NCBI GenBank assembly: GCA_949299195.1
Contig: CASFZN010000017.1
Span: forward strand, 3,714-67,713
DNA length: 64,000 nt
Direction: 5' to 3'
Origin: an uncultured bacterium
GTDB taxonomy: Bacteria > Bacillota_I > Bacilli_A > RFN20 > CAG-826
The notes under the pieces were generated by a model. That model was given only the letters and a program-made list of their open reading frames with translations, was not told the DNA's origin and made no database searches. The translations under genes and the position numbers were made by a program. Shown piece by piece: positions 28,670 through 38,318 of this stretch (the first letter of the stretch is position 1; every line of letters begins with the position of its first letter).

Positions 28670-31600
28670 TTAGTTAAGATTTTGGGAAATTTCTTTAAAT
28701 GTTAGAACATTGCTTGTGTTTTTATTATGTAATACAACTAAAGTCTCATCGACTAGTTCGGAAATATCTGCAACTTTATCGGTAGGACAGGAGATAATGA
28801 CTTGAAGGTTAAACTTTCTTAATAATTTAACTGCTTCTTTAATTCTACCTCTATCCATCTTTGAGAATGCTTCATCGAAGATGATTAATCTTGAAGTATT
28901 AGCAATTTCGCCTTCTTCATTAACGTGATAAAGTTGGGCAAATGAAGCTAATACTGAGATATAGAATGGAGTTTGAGTTTCACCACCACTCTTTTTCTTA
29001 ATCATCTTAGATAATCTTTGTTCTTCGTTATTTTCACGGTTATAGACAATTAAATCGAAGTCTAAATAGGAACGATAATCAGTAAATTTTTCGATATTCT
29101 TCAATAATTCTTCATTATTTTCTTCAAGATTATTAACATCGACTATTTGTTTGAATAAATCTTCCATGACATCTTTATATTTGTCTAAGAAAAGCGATTC
29201 ATCCTCTCCACCTTCTAATATTATATCATCTTTAAGCATATCGTAATATCTTTTGAATGTGATTGAAGGTTTTACAGTGAATCTATAGGAGTCTCTTCCG
29301 AATGAAGATTGTTCGAGTGCTTCATTTAAATTAGAGATTTGATCTTCTACTTCTTCGATTGCACTTCTTAATTTAAAGATAAAGTCGTCTTTAAATTGTT
29401 GAGTTGCTTTTAAATAAGAATCATGAATTTTTTCACGGTATTCTGGGAGTTTTACCTCTTTAAATTCAATTAATTCCTTTTGGAAGACTTCGTTATCTCT
29501 AACATCTGGATCATAAGAAAGATGATAGTCATGGACATATTCCCTTCTTAATTTACATAAACTTGAGAAAAGATTATTTGATAAATATTGAAGTCTCGAT
29601 AAGGAAGAGTTGGCTTCAGTTAAAATATCAAAATATGTACGACCTCTATTAAGTTGTTCATTTAATAAAGGAAGAGCGTAAATATCGACAAAATCTTTAC
29701 TATATTTATCTTTTAAGGCCTCTTTTCTAGCTTCAATTGATTTTTCTTCATTAACAATTTTTTCAGTTTTTAAAGATTCAATTTCATGGGTTAAATTACC
29801 TTTTTCAATTAAAACATCATCTTTTAATTTGGTAATTTCTTTAATATCTTCTTCAACATCTTTAAGGCGTTTATCTAAGCTTTCAAGTAAGGCGGTGTCA
29901 TGGCTTTCAAGTTCACTATTAAAATATTCTAATGAAGAATTTAATCCCTTGAGTTCGTTACCTCTTGAGATAATTTTTAATAGATGTTCAATTTCACCAC
30001 TTGTTAAAACTTCTAAGTTATTAGCTTCGGTAATGGCTCTATAAATAGTTTTATAAACACTTAAATTTTGATTATTTGCTCTTAATTGTGCTTGTTTTTC
30101 TTCAATAAATCTATCATTTATCTTAACTCCGATAAAGGATTCTTGATAAAGTCGAGGATTCATTTTTGTTAACGAGAAAGCGCGATATAAATCACAACTT
30201 CTAGTAATTCCGTTCCCGCTATCTCTAGCTTCTTCAATATCTCCAGCTTTATATAATCTACCAATTAAATAGTTGGTATAAGCTCTTGCTCCTTCATGAG
30301 TTGTTTCAATTTCTTCTGCTAAAGAACCTTCTTCCATATTGAAATTTCTTTCAATAATCTTTTCTTGGTCAACAAGCGCAGTTGCGTAATAATGATATTC
30401 TTCTAAGATTCTTCTTAAAATCTTATAGGCTTCACTATAATATTTTGGTGGAACAAAAAGATTGAATTTTTGATTATATAAATAACCTTCAATAGCATTA
30501 GCCCAAGATTGGTCTTTAATATCAATAAGGTCACAGAATAATTCGACCTCAATTTTTTTATTAAATCTATTTGATAATTCGGTTTGTAAAGCTTCTTTAA
30601 TACTTTTTAATCTATGATCAAAAGATTTAGAACCTTTTTTAACCATTAATTCTTCTTCTTTTAAACTTTGGATTTTCTTTTCTAAGTTAGCGGTAATTCT
30701 TGCTAAAGAGGTAGCTAAACTTGAAACATTATCTTTAAATTCTTTTAATGCATCTTTAAAAGTTTCTAAATCGGTTTTAGAAACAAGCATTAAATCTTCA
30801 TCTAATTTAGTTTTAATTTTAATTGAAACTTCTTTAACCTTTTTACTAGAAAGTATAATATTTAAAATTTCTTCTTCTTTATCTTCATCATTGATTGCAT
30901 CTTTATCAACAGCACTAAGTTCATCAATTAAATTGGTTGCTTCTTCTTCATAAGATTCAATATATTGCATTAAAGTGTCTTTAACGCCATTTAATTCGTT
31001 CTTAATTGCTCTAATTTTTTCTTCAGTATCACGTTTTTGGATATAAATATCTTCAGTGATTTTAGCAACATCATTATTAGTTCGATCTTGAATAAGTTTA
31101 TATTTTCTTTTTTCGAGTTCTTTAATAGTAGCTGCGTGTTCTTCTAATTCACTTTCAATTTCATGAATTCTTTCTTCAGATTTAATAACTTCATTTTTAA
31201 AGGCTTTAACCTTTTCTTCGCTATTAAAAAGTTCGCATCTATCGATAAAATATTTTGAAACATTGAAATCTTTTTCAATGTCTTTATAAGATTCATAAGA
31301 AGTTTTAATCTCTTCAAGTCGCTCGATTCTTCTTTCAATATTTTCACTTTCTAATTTTAATTTAGAATATTGAATAATATTATCTTGAAGATGAGTAAGA
31401 TCTAAATTTTGTTGCGGATCACAGACATATTCAGTAATAAATGTTGTGATATCGGTAATTGGAGTAAAAGATGTTGCTTTCTTTAAAAGTGAAAAATATT
31501 TATCTTTTAAGCCACCAAATCTTCTTTTTAAGAATTCTTGATATTGTTTATTTGAATCAAAAAAGCGATAACTACCAGCATAATTTTCACTTAAATAGGC

Positions 31601-32056
31601 AGCTAAATCCTTATAAGAAAGTGGGACGTTATCAACAATAAATTCATTTTCTGGGATTGGAGCTTCAACGTTAAAGAAGCGATGTTCTTCACTTCCATCA
31701 TCATAAGAATCAAAAACAATTCCCATGGTAAAGTCTTTATTTTCAACATCGTCATGAAATTCTAAAGCGATATAGGAAGTAAATCTTCCATTTCTTAAAT
31801 ATTTAAAGCCACCTTCTTGGTCATCACCAAGTTCACCTCTTAGATAACCTTTTAAAGTTCTAGCGCTTTTATCTAAAGCTGCTTTGTTAAAGCTTCTTCC
31901 ACTTGTATCACCAAGTAAAACAACTTCAAATGCGTCAACAAGAGTGGATTTACCACTACCATTAAGGCCAGTTAAAAATACAATTTGGTCGATATTAAAA
32001 CTTTCATTCCAGAAATAATGCCAGTTAATTAATTTAATCTTCGTTAATAATTTCAT
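28670..32056 (-). CDS. SMC-like ATPase of the MksB/JetC (MukB-like) family
   Basis: N-terminus LINWHYFWNE...FLTGLNGSGKSTL (Walker A), about 900 aa of coiled-coil, then C-terminal SGGETQ signature and Walker B LIIFDEAFSKMD. The start was moved to the ATG at 32056 (SD GTGAGGAAA), which overlaps the end of the upstream gene by 23 nt. Confidence 0.75.
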   Translation of the reverse strand: MKLLTKIKLINWHYFWNESFNIDQIVFLTGLNGSGKSTLVDAFEVVLLGDTSGRSFNKAALDKSARTLKGYLRGELGDDQEGGFKYLRNGRFTSYIALEFHDDVENKDFTMGIVFDSYDDGSEEHRFFNVEAPIPENEFIVDNVPLSYKDLAAYLSENYAGSYRFFDSNKQYQEFLKRRFGGLKDKYFSLLKKATSFTPITDITTFITEYVCDPQQNLDLTHLQDNIIQYSKLKLESENIERRIERLEEIKTSYESYKDIEKDFNVSKYFIDRCELFNSEEKVKAFKNEVIKSEERIHEIESELEEHAATIKELEKRKYKLIQDRTNNDVAKITEDIYIQKRDTEEKIRAIKNELNGVKDTLMQYIESYEEEATNLIDELSAVDKDAINDEDKEEEILNIILSSKKVKEVSIKIKTKLDEDLMLVSKTDLETFKDALKEFKDNVSSLATSLARITANLEKKIQSLKEEELMVKKGSKSFDHRLKSIKEALQTELSNRFNKKIEVELFCDLIDIKDQSWANAIEGYLYNQKFNLFVPPKYYSEAYKILRRILEEYHYYATALVDQEKIIERNFNMEEGSLAEEIETTHEGARAYTNYLIGRLYKAGDIEEARDSGNGITRSCDLYRAFSLTKMNPRLYQESFIGVKINDRFIEEKQAQLRANNQNLSVYKTIYRAITEANNLEVLTSGEIEHLLKIISRGNELKGLNSSLEYFNSELESHDTALLESLDKRLKDVEEDIKEITKLKDDVLIEKGNLTHEIESLKTEKIVNEEKSIEARKEALKDKYSKDFVDIYALPLLNEQLNRGRTYFDILTEANSSLSRLQYLSNNLFSSLCKLRREYVHDYHLSYDPDVRDNEVFQKELIEFKEVKLPEYREKIHDSYLKATQQFKDDFIFKLRSAIEEVEDQISNLNEALEQSSFGRDSYRFTVKPSITFKRYYDMLKDDIILEGGEDESLFLDKYKDVMEDLFKQIVDVNNLEENNEELLKNIEKFTDYRSYLDFDLIVYNRENNEEQRLSKMIKKKSGGETQTPFYISVLASFAQLYHVNEEGEIANTSRLIIFDEAFSKMDRGRIKEAVKLLRKFNLQVIISCPTDKVADISELVDETLVVLHNKNTSNVLTFKEISQNLN

Positions 32057-32681
32057 CGCTAGTTTCCTCACTTTCACTCATTTCTTTATCTAAAGCAAGT
32101 GACATTGCTCTAATTTTTTCATTATCAAGGGCATAACAAATTGAAGGGAGAATATAAAAAGCTACGCTACCTTCATCATAATTTCCGCTAACCTTAGTAA
32201 TAATATTGTGGCTTGCTAAAAGTCTTAAACTTTTAGCGATACCTCTGCCGCTTAATTTCTTTCCAGGCATTAAAATTCCATGTTCAAGCATGGTACGGAT
32301 TAAAACTGGAGTTGTAATATAAATAGATTCTCCAGCTAAATTTGATTCTTTTCTTTCATTTTCATAAATCATTCTTAAAACAAAAAGAATTAAACTTGTT
32401 TCTCTATCAAGACGAATATGGTTTTCGCCACTGAGATTAACTAAACTAACAACTCCTAAAATCTTATCAATTTCAATTGACCAGTTTGAGAAGTTTAAAT
32501 ATTCATTAATTAATTCATAATTTCTTTCAATATATCGATAATCTGGAGAGATTTTAATGATTTTTTCTCTAGGATCAAAGATGTCTCTTACAATAAATCC
32601 TTTTAACAAGATACGGTTTATTGTAGTTCCAAAGGCGTTTTGATCAGAATATGATAATTCGTTATATTTTTCTTCAAACAT
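32034..32681 (-). CDS. MksE/JetB-like (MukE-like, DUF4194-type) subunit
   Basis: 215 aa. Assigned from size and conserved F-E-B gene order; SD AAGGAGA. Confidence 0.45.
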   Translation of the reverse strand: MFEEKYNELSYSDQNAFGTTINRILLKGFIVRDIFDPREKIIKISPDYRYIERNYELINEYLNFSNWSIEIDKILGVVSLVNLSGENHIRLDRETSLILFVLRMIYENERKESNLAGESIYITTPVLIRTMLEHGILMPGKKLSGRGIAKSLRLLASHNIITKVSGNYDEGSVAFYILPSICYALDNEKIRAMSLALDKEMSESEETSDEIINED

Positions 32682-32683
32682 TG

Positions 32684-34126
32684 TTACTTATTCTCCTTTT
32701 CTTTTTCTTTTCTTATAAATGTGACGTTTGGAATTAAGAAATAATTGGTAATAATTCCAGCGTTAGGATAGATTTCATCTATTTTATAGAATGAGTTTTC
32801 ATCTTCACTTTTAACAGTTGCAAGAATTAAGCAGATAAGTTCATCAAAATTTTCAATATTGAAATCTTCGGTAGTAATCTCTCTACTTCTTCCGAATTCT
32901 CTTTCCATAAAGGAATAGATTTTCTCATCAGTATACATATTGGAAGTTTCTTCTAAGAATGATGATTTTAAATAATCATCAATATCAGAGAAGTCTTGAA
33001 TTTCCATTGGTTCTCCAATTTCTTTATATTTACGCATAATTGGTAAAGAAACAGATTCACTATCAAGATAACCTTGTTCATAAAGAGTGAAGGAATCTTG
33101 CATTTTTGATAAGACTTTAGCAAGTTCGCGTGGTTCATTTATCTTATTTGCGTAATGTTTAAAGATATTTTCTAAATGACCTTTAACGGTATGATCAGCG
33201 TTATTTAAATACAAAATCTTTTGAGTTGAAGATTTAGTATAAGCGTTATTTTCTTTATCGATTGAAGCGATTAAAGAATTTAAGGTTTCATAAGTATCAC
33301 TGATATAGTTGATTTTTTCGATAATATCGGCTTCAATTTCTTTTTTGTTATTACTTTTAGAATTGATTGAAGCTTGGAAGATTAATTTTTCTCTAATTTC
33401 TTTGGTTTCTAACCAGTGATTTAAAATCTTAATAATTGGTCTTTTATATTTAGCGACACTATCAAAAGTTTTAAGCGGATGGTAGTATCGATCGGAAATC
33501 TTTCTTTTATAAATATCAAAATAAGAATGTAAAACCTCATTAGTATCGAATAATTTTGATAATTTATTTTGGAAGATTCTAATAGAATGAGTTAAGGTTA
33601 TGAGTTCTACTTTTAACTTTTTAGTATTTTCATAACATCTTAAAAGGGTTGGATAAAGGAGTTCATCCATATCTTCATCTTCTAACTTTAATTCACTATA
33701 AGTAGAGTGAACTAAAGAAATATAAGGAGATTCTTCATCACTTACGATATCACTAAAAGTTTTAAGTAAGGATATTGAATAGGGAGGAAGGATTACTATT
33801 TCTTCATAATTGTCAATATCCATTGAAATATCAATCCATCCACATTCCTCTAATTTTCTTACAATATAAGAAGCTTTTGAGGAATTATTGTAATCGTTTT
33901 TTAAGTTTTCTTTCTCTTCATCGCTTATTTCTTCTTCAGTTAAATCAAGAAGAGATAAATCTTTTTCTCGATCCTTTAAAGCGTTTAAAAAATCAACCTT
34001 TCTAATGAAGGTTTCATCATTTTGAAGTAAAGAATAAAGTATCGATAAACTCTCTATATAAATCTCGCGATTTTTACCTTGAAAAATTGAAAAATAATTT
34101 TGCGGAACTATATTAAATAAATTCAT
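32684..34126 (-). CDS. MksF/JetA-like (MukF-like kleisin, DUF3375-type) subunit
   Basis: 480 aa, first gene of the three-gene operon. Assigned from size and order. Confidence 0.45.
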   Translation of the reverse strand: MNLFNIVPQNYFSIFQGKNREIYIESLSILYSLLQNDETFIRKVDFLNALKDREKDLSLLDLTEEEISDEEKENLKNDYNNSSKASYIVRKLEECGWIDISMDIDNYEEIVILPPYSISLLKTFSDIVSDEESPYISLVHSTYSELKLEDEDMDELLYPTLLRCYENTKKLKVELITLTHSIRIFQNKLSKLFDTNEVLHSYFDIYKRKISDRYYHPLKTFDSVAKYKRPIIKILNHWLETKEIREKLIFQASINSKSNNKKEIEADIIEKINYISDTYETLNSLIASIDKENNAYTKSSTQKILYLNNADHTVKGHLENIFKHYANKINEPRELAKVLSKMQDSFTLYEQGYLDSESVSLPIMRKYKEIGEPMEIQDFSDIDDYLKSSFLEETSNMYTDEKIYSFMEREFGRSREITTEDFNIENFDELICLILATVKSEDENSFYKIDEIYPNAGIITNYFLIPNVTFIRKEKEKENK

Positions 34127-34210
34127 ATTTTTTCTTTCTTTTTTTGACTTTTAAATTATAGCATCTAAACCATATATTTTTAATAAAAAAGTGTAAGAAA
34201 TTATAAGAAA

Positions 34211-34234
34211 TTCTTTCTTTATATAAAGAAAGAA
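34211..34234. repeat. Perfect 24-bp AT-rich palindrome TTCTTTCTTTATATAAAGAAAGAA upstream of the MksF-like gene
   Basis: Self-complementary, about 80 bp upstream of the ATG at 34126. Confidence 0.5.
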
Positions 34235-34260
34235 AAAAGAGAGACTTTGGTAGTCTCTCT
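34232..34260 (-). terminator. Rho-independent terminator for the GDPD gene
   Basis: Stem AGAGAGACT/AGTCTCTCT with loop TTGG, then TTTTTT on the minus strand. Confidence 0.65.
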
Positions 34261-34998
34261 TTAAGAATTATTAATAACTTCTTTTACCTTTTCTACCTCT
34301 AAATATTGGAAGGTAACTGAATCTACGAATTTAGTGTATTGAAGTAAGTCTTCTTCGTTTTCAATAGTCCAAGAAAAGATAACTCTTTTTTCTTTTAATG
34401 ATTGATATTTTTTATTCTTAAAATAAGTATATTCTAGATCTAATCCTTCGAATAAGTTTTTAATATGTAAGACATAGCGATGTTTATAATCTGCTAAAAA
34501 TAATCGAATATATCCATATTTTTTAAAAGGAAATAAACAAGAAGGATAAAAAGAAATGATAATGATATTTTCTTTTTTTAAATCTTTTATTAATTCGATT
34601 ACTTTTTGAGCTAATAGTCTACTATTTTTATGCTTTTTACTAGGTTTTAACTCAATAACCATCGGAGTTTCATTGTTATTTATTTCAATAACCTCTTTTA
34701 AAGTAGGAATAGTTTCGCCGTTTTTTAAGCGATAATTATCTTTAATTTCTTTTAAAGTTAATTCTTCAACTTCACCTTCTTTATCAGTTACTCTTTTAGT
34801 TTCACTATCATGAATTACAATTACTTCGTTATCTTTAGATAAATGAACATCAAATTCAAAAGGTAAATTTAAAGAAATTGCTTTTTTAAAACTAGCTAAA
34901 CTGTTTTCAGTTATAGTTTCTTTATCATGGAGTCCTCTATGAGCAACACCTTCAAAAAACTTCGGATTTAATCTAGCTTTTACTTCTTCTTTTTTCAT
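34261..34998 (-). CDS. Glycerophosphodiester phosphodiesterase
   Basis: Motif HRGLH...ENSLASF...FEFDVHLSKDNEVIVIHD; 245 aa. Confidence 0.8.
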   Translation of the reverse strand: MKKEEVKARLNPKFFEGVAHRGLHDKETITENSLASFKKAISLNLPFEFDVHLSKDNEVIVIHDSETKRVTDKEGEVEELTLKEIKDNYRLKNGETIPTLKEVIEINNNETPMVIELKPSKKHKNSRLLAQKVIELIKDLKKENIIIISFYPSCLFPFKKYGYIRLFLADYKHRYVLHIKNLFEGLDLEYTYFKNKKYQSLKEKRVIFSWTIENEEDLLQYTKFVDSVTFQYLEVEKVKEVINNS

Positions 34999-35000
34999 TA

Positions 35001-36434
35001 TTAGTCACCTTGATCCATTGCTTCTAGACCAGTTTTAATTGTAGTTTTATCGATTTTTACGCTCTTAATAAATAAAACGATTATTAAGGAAACAGTTCCA
35101 CAAATTAATGCATAGAAAGGTAAAATTCCAAAATCAAAGCCTTCGATTAACATTAAAGTACCAAGTAACATTGGGGTAATAGTTTGAGCAACCATACTTG
35201 AAGCATAATAATATCCAGTAAAGGCACCGATTTTTTTAGATGAACAAAGCTCAACAACCATTGGATAGGAATTAACATGAACTAAACTCATACCAAATCC
35301 TTTAATAAACCAAATAATATATAAAGCAAATGGGAACTCTCCAACTCCATAAGCAAAACTTGGAGCACATTCACTTAAAATTCCCCAAACAGCATAGGAA
35401 GCAACCGAAAGAGTTAATCCACTAAAAACAGTCCATTTTCTACCGATTTTACCAGCAATAATTCCACCTAAGGCAAAACCAATAACACTACCTACACCAC
35501 CAACAATGGTATTAATCATAGTTCCTTGAGTTGAACCACCTAAATGATAAATTGTGTAGTTAGACATGAAAGTTCCAATTCCGTTATCAGCCATAAACCA
35601 GAAGAATTCAGCTACTAAAATTAAAATTAACATGATTTTATTAGCTTTAGTCATTGGTTTATCATCATCGACTTTATCAGTAATTTCTGCGTATTCTTCA
35701 CCTCTTTTGAGTTCGTCTTTCATTTCTTCAGCAATTTTATTTTCTTTAATTGTGAAAAGTAAGACTAAAGCAGAAACAATCATTAAAATAGACGCAATTA
35801 AAAATGGAGCTTCAATAACCCAAATATTTTGATATGCCCATTCAGCACCTTCATTTAATTTTAAATAATCACTTAAAACAAAGATAATACCGGTAACTGT
35901 CGCAAAAGCGCCACCAATATAACCCATGATATTGATAATTCCATTAGCTTTACTTCTTAAAGGTTTTGGAGTCATATCAGGCATTAAAGAAACTGCAGGG
36001 TTTCGATACATCATCATGAAAATCATGACAATTGCCATCATTACAACAACACCAACCGCATTATTATAATGATATAAAACAGGAATAAATGGGAAAGCTA
36101 CAGCCGAAACAAAGGTTCCTACTAAAATATAAGGCATTCTTTTTCCTAGCGGCGTTTTTGTTTTATCCGATAATTTTCCGAATATTGGTAATAAAATTAA
36201 AGCGGCTAAATTATCTAAAGCCATGACAACACCAACTAAATATTGAACTTGGGTTTCATCATTTACACCAAAAGCTTCACTAAAAAGCGAAGTTAAAAGA
36301 GTTGGACACCGTGAGTCATAGACTTGCCAAAATAAAAGAATTCCAAAGAAAGCGAAACCAATAATAAATGTTCTTTTATAGTTAAGCTTAAATCCTCCAT
36401 CTTTTACCTGAATAGAATTATTTTCTTTTTCCAT
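35001..36434 (-). CDS. MFS-family transporter
   Basis: 12 transmembrane helices. The start was moved to the ATG at 36434 (MEKENN) because the ORF-track start is TTG. Neither candidate has a clear SD. Confidence 0.65.
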   Translation of the reverse strand: MEKENNSIQVKDGGFKLNYKRTFIIGFAFFGILLFWQVYDSRCPTLLTSLFSEAFGVNDETQVQYLVGVVMALDNLAALILLPIFGKLSDKTKTPLGKRMPYILVGTFVSAVAFPFIPVLYHYNNAVGVVVMMAIVMIFMMMYRNPAVSLMPDMTPKPLRSKANGIINIMGYIGGAFATVTGIIFVLSDYLKLNEGAEWAYQNIWVIEAPFLIASILMIVSALVLLFTIKENKIAEEMKDELKRGEEYAEITDKVDDDKPMTKANKIMLILILVAEFFWFMADNGIGTFMSNYTIYHLGGSTQGTMINTIVGGVGSVIGFALGGIIAGKIGRKWTVFSGLTLSVASYAVWGILSECAPSFAYGVGEFPFALYIIWFIKGFGMSLVHVNSYPMVVELCSSKKIGAFTGYYYASSMVAQTITPMLLGTLMLIEGFDFGILPFYALICGTVSLIIVLFIKSVKIDKTTIKTGLEAMDQGD

Positions 36435-36450
36435 AAACAACAATTTAGAT

Positions 36451-37089
36451 TTAATCTTTAAAAACTTCTTCGAGTTTTGAAGGTAATTCTTTCAAAGAAG
36501 AAATTTTATAAACATCTTCTTCAATTACCCCGAATCCATATGAAGCATGGATGAATTTTACATTTGCTTTTGTTGATTCAACATAATCTTTTAAAGTGTC
36601 ACCAACATAAACTACTTCATCAATTCCTTCTTTTTCTTTTAAAAGTTTTATATTTTGGTATTTTTCTAATCCAGTATCTCCTGCAGAAAGATGACCTTTA
36701 AAATATTTAGACATATTCAAAGATTCTAAATAATTTTCAATATAGCCTTTATCACAGTTAGACACGATATAAAGAGGGTATTTTTCTTTTAAAAGAGAAA
36801 GAACTTCTTCTTCATCTTTATACATATTTCCAGGATTATTTCTTAAATGCTCAATTTCTTTATGAATACAGAGTTTAAAATATTCTAATCCTTTTTCTAT
36901 TGAGACATCTTTAAATGCTAAAACAACTGTTTCAAGGGGAGTTAATCCCATGTATGACTTTATGGTCTTATAATCAAAAGAATATGATAAGTTATTTTCC
37001 TTCATAGCGATGTTCCAACTTTCCATAATTGGAGTAATCGCATCCCAAAGGGTACCATCTAAATCGAAAAAAACAGCCTTTTTGCCCAT
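36451..37089 (-). CDS. HAD-IA family hydrolase/phosphatase
   Basis: Motifs FFDLDGTLWD and VGDTLKD; 212 aa. Confidence 0.75.
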   Translation of the reverse strand: MGKKAVFFDLDGTLWDAITPIMESWNIAMKENNLSYSFDYKTIKSYMGLTPLETVVLAFKDVSIEKGLEYFKLCIHKEIEHLRNNPGNMYKDEEEVLSLLKEKYPLYIVSNCDKGYIENYLESLNMSKYFKGHLSAGDTGLEKYQNIKLLKEKEGIDEVVYVGDTLKDYVESTKANVKFIHASYGFGVIEEDVYKISSLKELPSKLEEVFKD

Positions 37090-37221
37090 TTAAAAAATAG
37101 ATCACCAATAAAAATTCATTTATTTTTAAAGATTAATCTTTCCTCCTAATTGCTATAATTTTATCATTAACAAATATTTTTTAAACTTAAAAAATGTAAA
37201 GGAAAAATAAGGAAAATATCT

Positions 37222-37253
37222 TCTAGACTTAACCTATTCGTTTGTGGTATTAT
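37222..37253 (+). promoter_or_regulatory. Candidate extended -10 promoter for rpmB
   Basis: -35 TAGACT (37224-37229), 18-nt spacer, TGgTATTAT (37245-37253). The SD AGGGAGGAAAAAG follows. Confidence 0.4.
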
Positions 37254-37287
37254 ACATAAGCAATTTAATACTAGGGAGGAAAAAGAA

Positions 37288-37479
37288 ATGTCAAGAGTTT
37301 GCCCAATTACTGGAAAAAAACCTATCAGTGGTAACAATCGTTCTCACTCTCTTCGTGCTACTCGTAGAAGATGGGATGTAAATCTCCATACTTATAAAAT
37401 TGAAATTAACGGTCAAATTGTTAAAGTCAGAATGAGTGCAAGAGCATATAGAAGCCTTCATAAATCACAAGCACAATAA
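37288..37479 (+). CDS. rpmB: 50S ribosomal protein L28
   Basis: MSRVCPITGKKPISGNNRSHSLRATRRRWDVNL; 63 aa. Confidence 0.9.
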   Translation: MSRVCPITGKKPISGNNRSHSLRATRRRWDVNLHTYKIEINGQIVKVRMSARAYRSLHKSQAQ

Positions 37480-37489
37480 TAGTAAGTTA

Positions 37490-37519
37490 GATCTCTTAGT
37501 TAATTCTAAGAGATTTTTT
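37490..37519 (+). terminator. Rho-independent terminator for rpmB
   Basis: Stem TCTCTTAG/CTAAGAGA with loop TTAATT, then TTTTTTA. Confidence 0.7.
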
Positions 37520-37605
37520 ATTACTATTTTTTTATTAAAAATAAATAAAAAAACTAATATTGGTAGTTTTCTAGTATACTAGATTTCTACCAGTCAAAAA
37601 TAAAA

Positions 37606-37628
37606 GTTTCCACGTGGAAACTTTTTTT
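37606..37628. repeat. Repeat locus B: perfect 16-bp palindrome GTTTCCACGTGGAAAC followed by TTTTTTT, acting as a bidirectional terminator hairpin
   Basis: Flanked by AAAA and TTTTTTT, between two convergent genes. The sequence is identical at 47852 and 61536. Confidence 0.7.
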
Positions 37629-37650
37629 CTTATCTTATATATCATTATTA

Positions 37651-38307
37651 TTAATACAAAGAAACGATTAAAGGGAAGAAACTAATGATAAATCCTAAGA
37701 AACTTCCCCATTCCAGCATTGCAAGATAATTATATTTAGGGCGATTATAAGTTTGGGCATCAACTTTAACCATCTTATTCCAAGTTTTATATGTTGGATT
37801 AATTAAAATTATTAACATAAATAATAAAGTAATAATTATTACAACTATATTTAATACAGGATTTGAAATAACTACTACATTATTACTAGTTAAACAGAAT
37901 AATTCGGTCACTAAGGTTAAAAGTGTAGAAAAATAGAAAATAAGCGCTAAAACTAGATGAAGCTTATAGGCGCTTAATTTAGTAAAGAATAATAAATTAA
38001 ATGCAATAATAGCAACAAAAATAACCGCACAAATAAAATATAAAATCGAATGATTATAATAATATAAAAGATAGAAAACTAAGCCAAAAAGTAAGAGTAA
38101 TGAGGCTAAAATCATCATCGTTACATATATGGCAGTAATCTTATTATGGCGTTTAAATTGATTTAATTCATAAGGGAATCTACTTAAAAAGTTATATTTC
38201 CCACTTCCAGTTTTATTATAAGAAAGAGTCATAAATAAAAAGGAAAGAATAAAAACAATTGTTCCAGCTATGATACAAGTTATCGTTACATATTTATATG
38301 CTTCCAT
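37651..38307 (-). CDS. Hypothetical polytopic membrane protein
   Basis: 218 aa with about 6 hydrophobic helices. Confidence 0.45.
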   Translation of the reverse strand: MEAYKYVTITCIIAGTIVFILSFLFMTLSYNKTGSGKYNFLSRFPYELNQFKRHNKITAIYVTMMILASLLLLFGLVFYLLYYYNHSILYFICAVIFVAIIAFNLLFFTKLSAYKLHLVLALIFYFSTLLTLVTELFCLTSNNVVVISNPVLNIVVIIITLLFMLIILINPTYKTWNKMVKVDAQTYNRPKYNYLAMLEWGSFLGFIISFFPLIVSLY

Positions 38308-38318
38308 TTTCTTACCTT

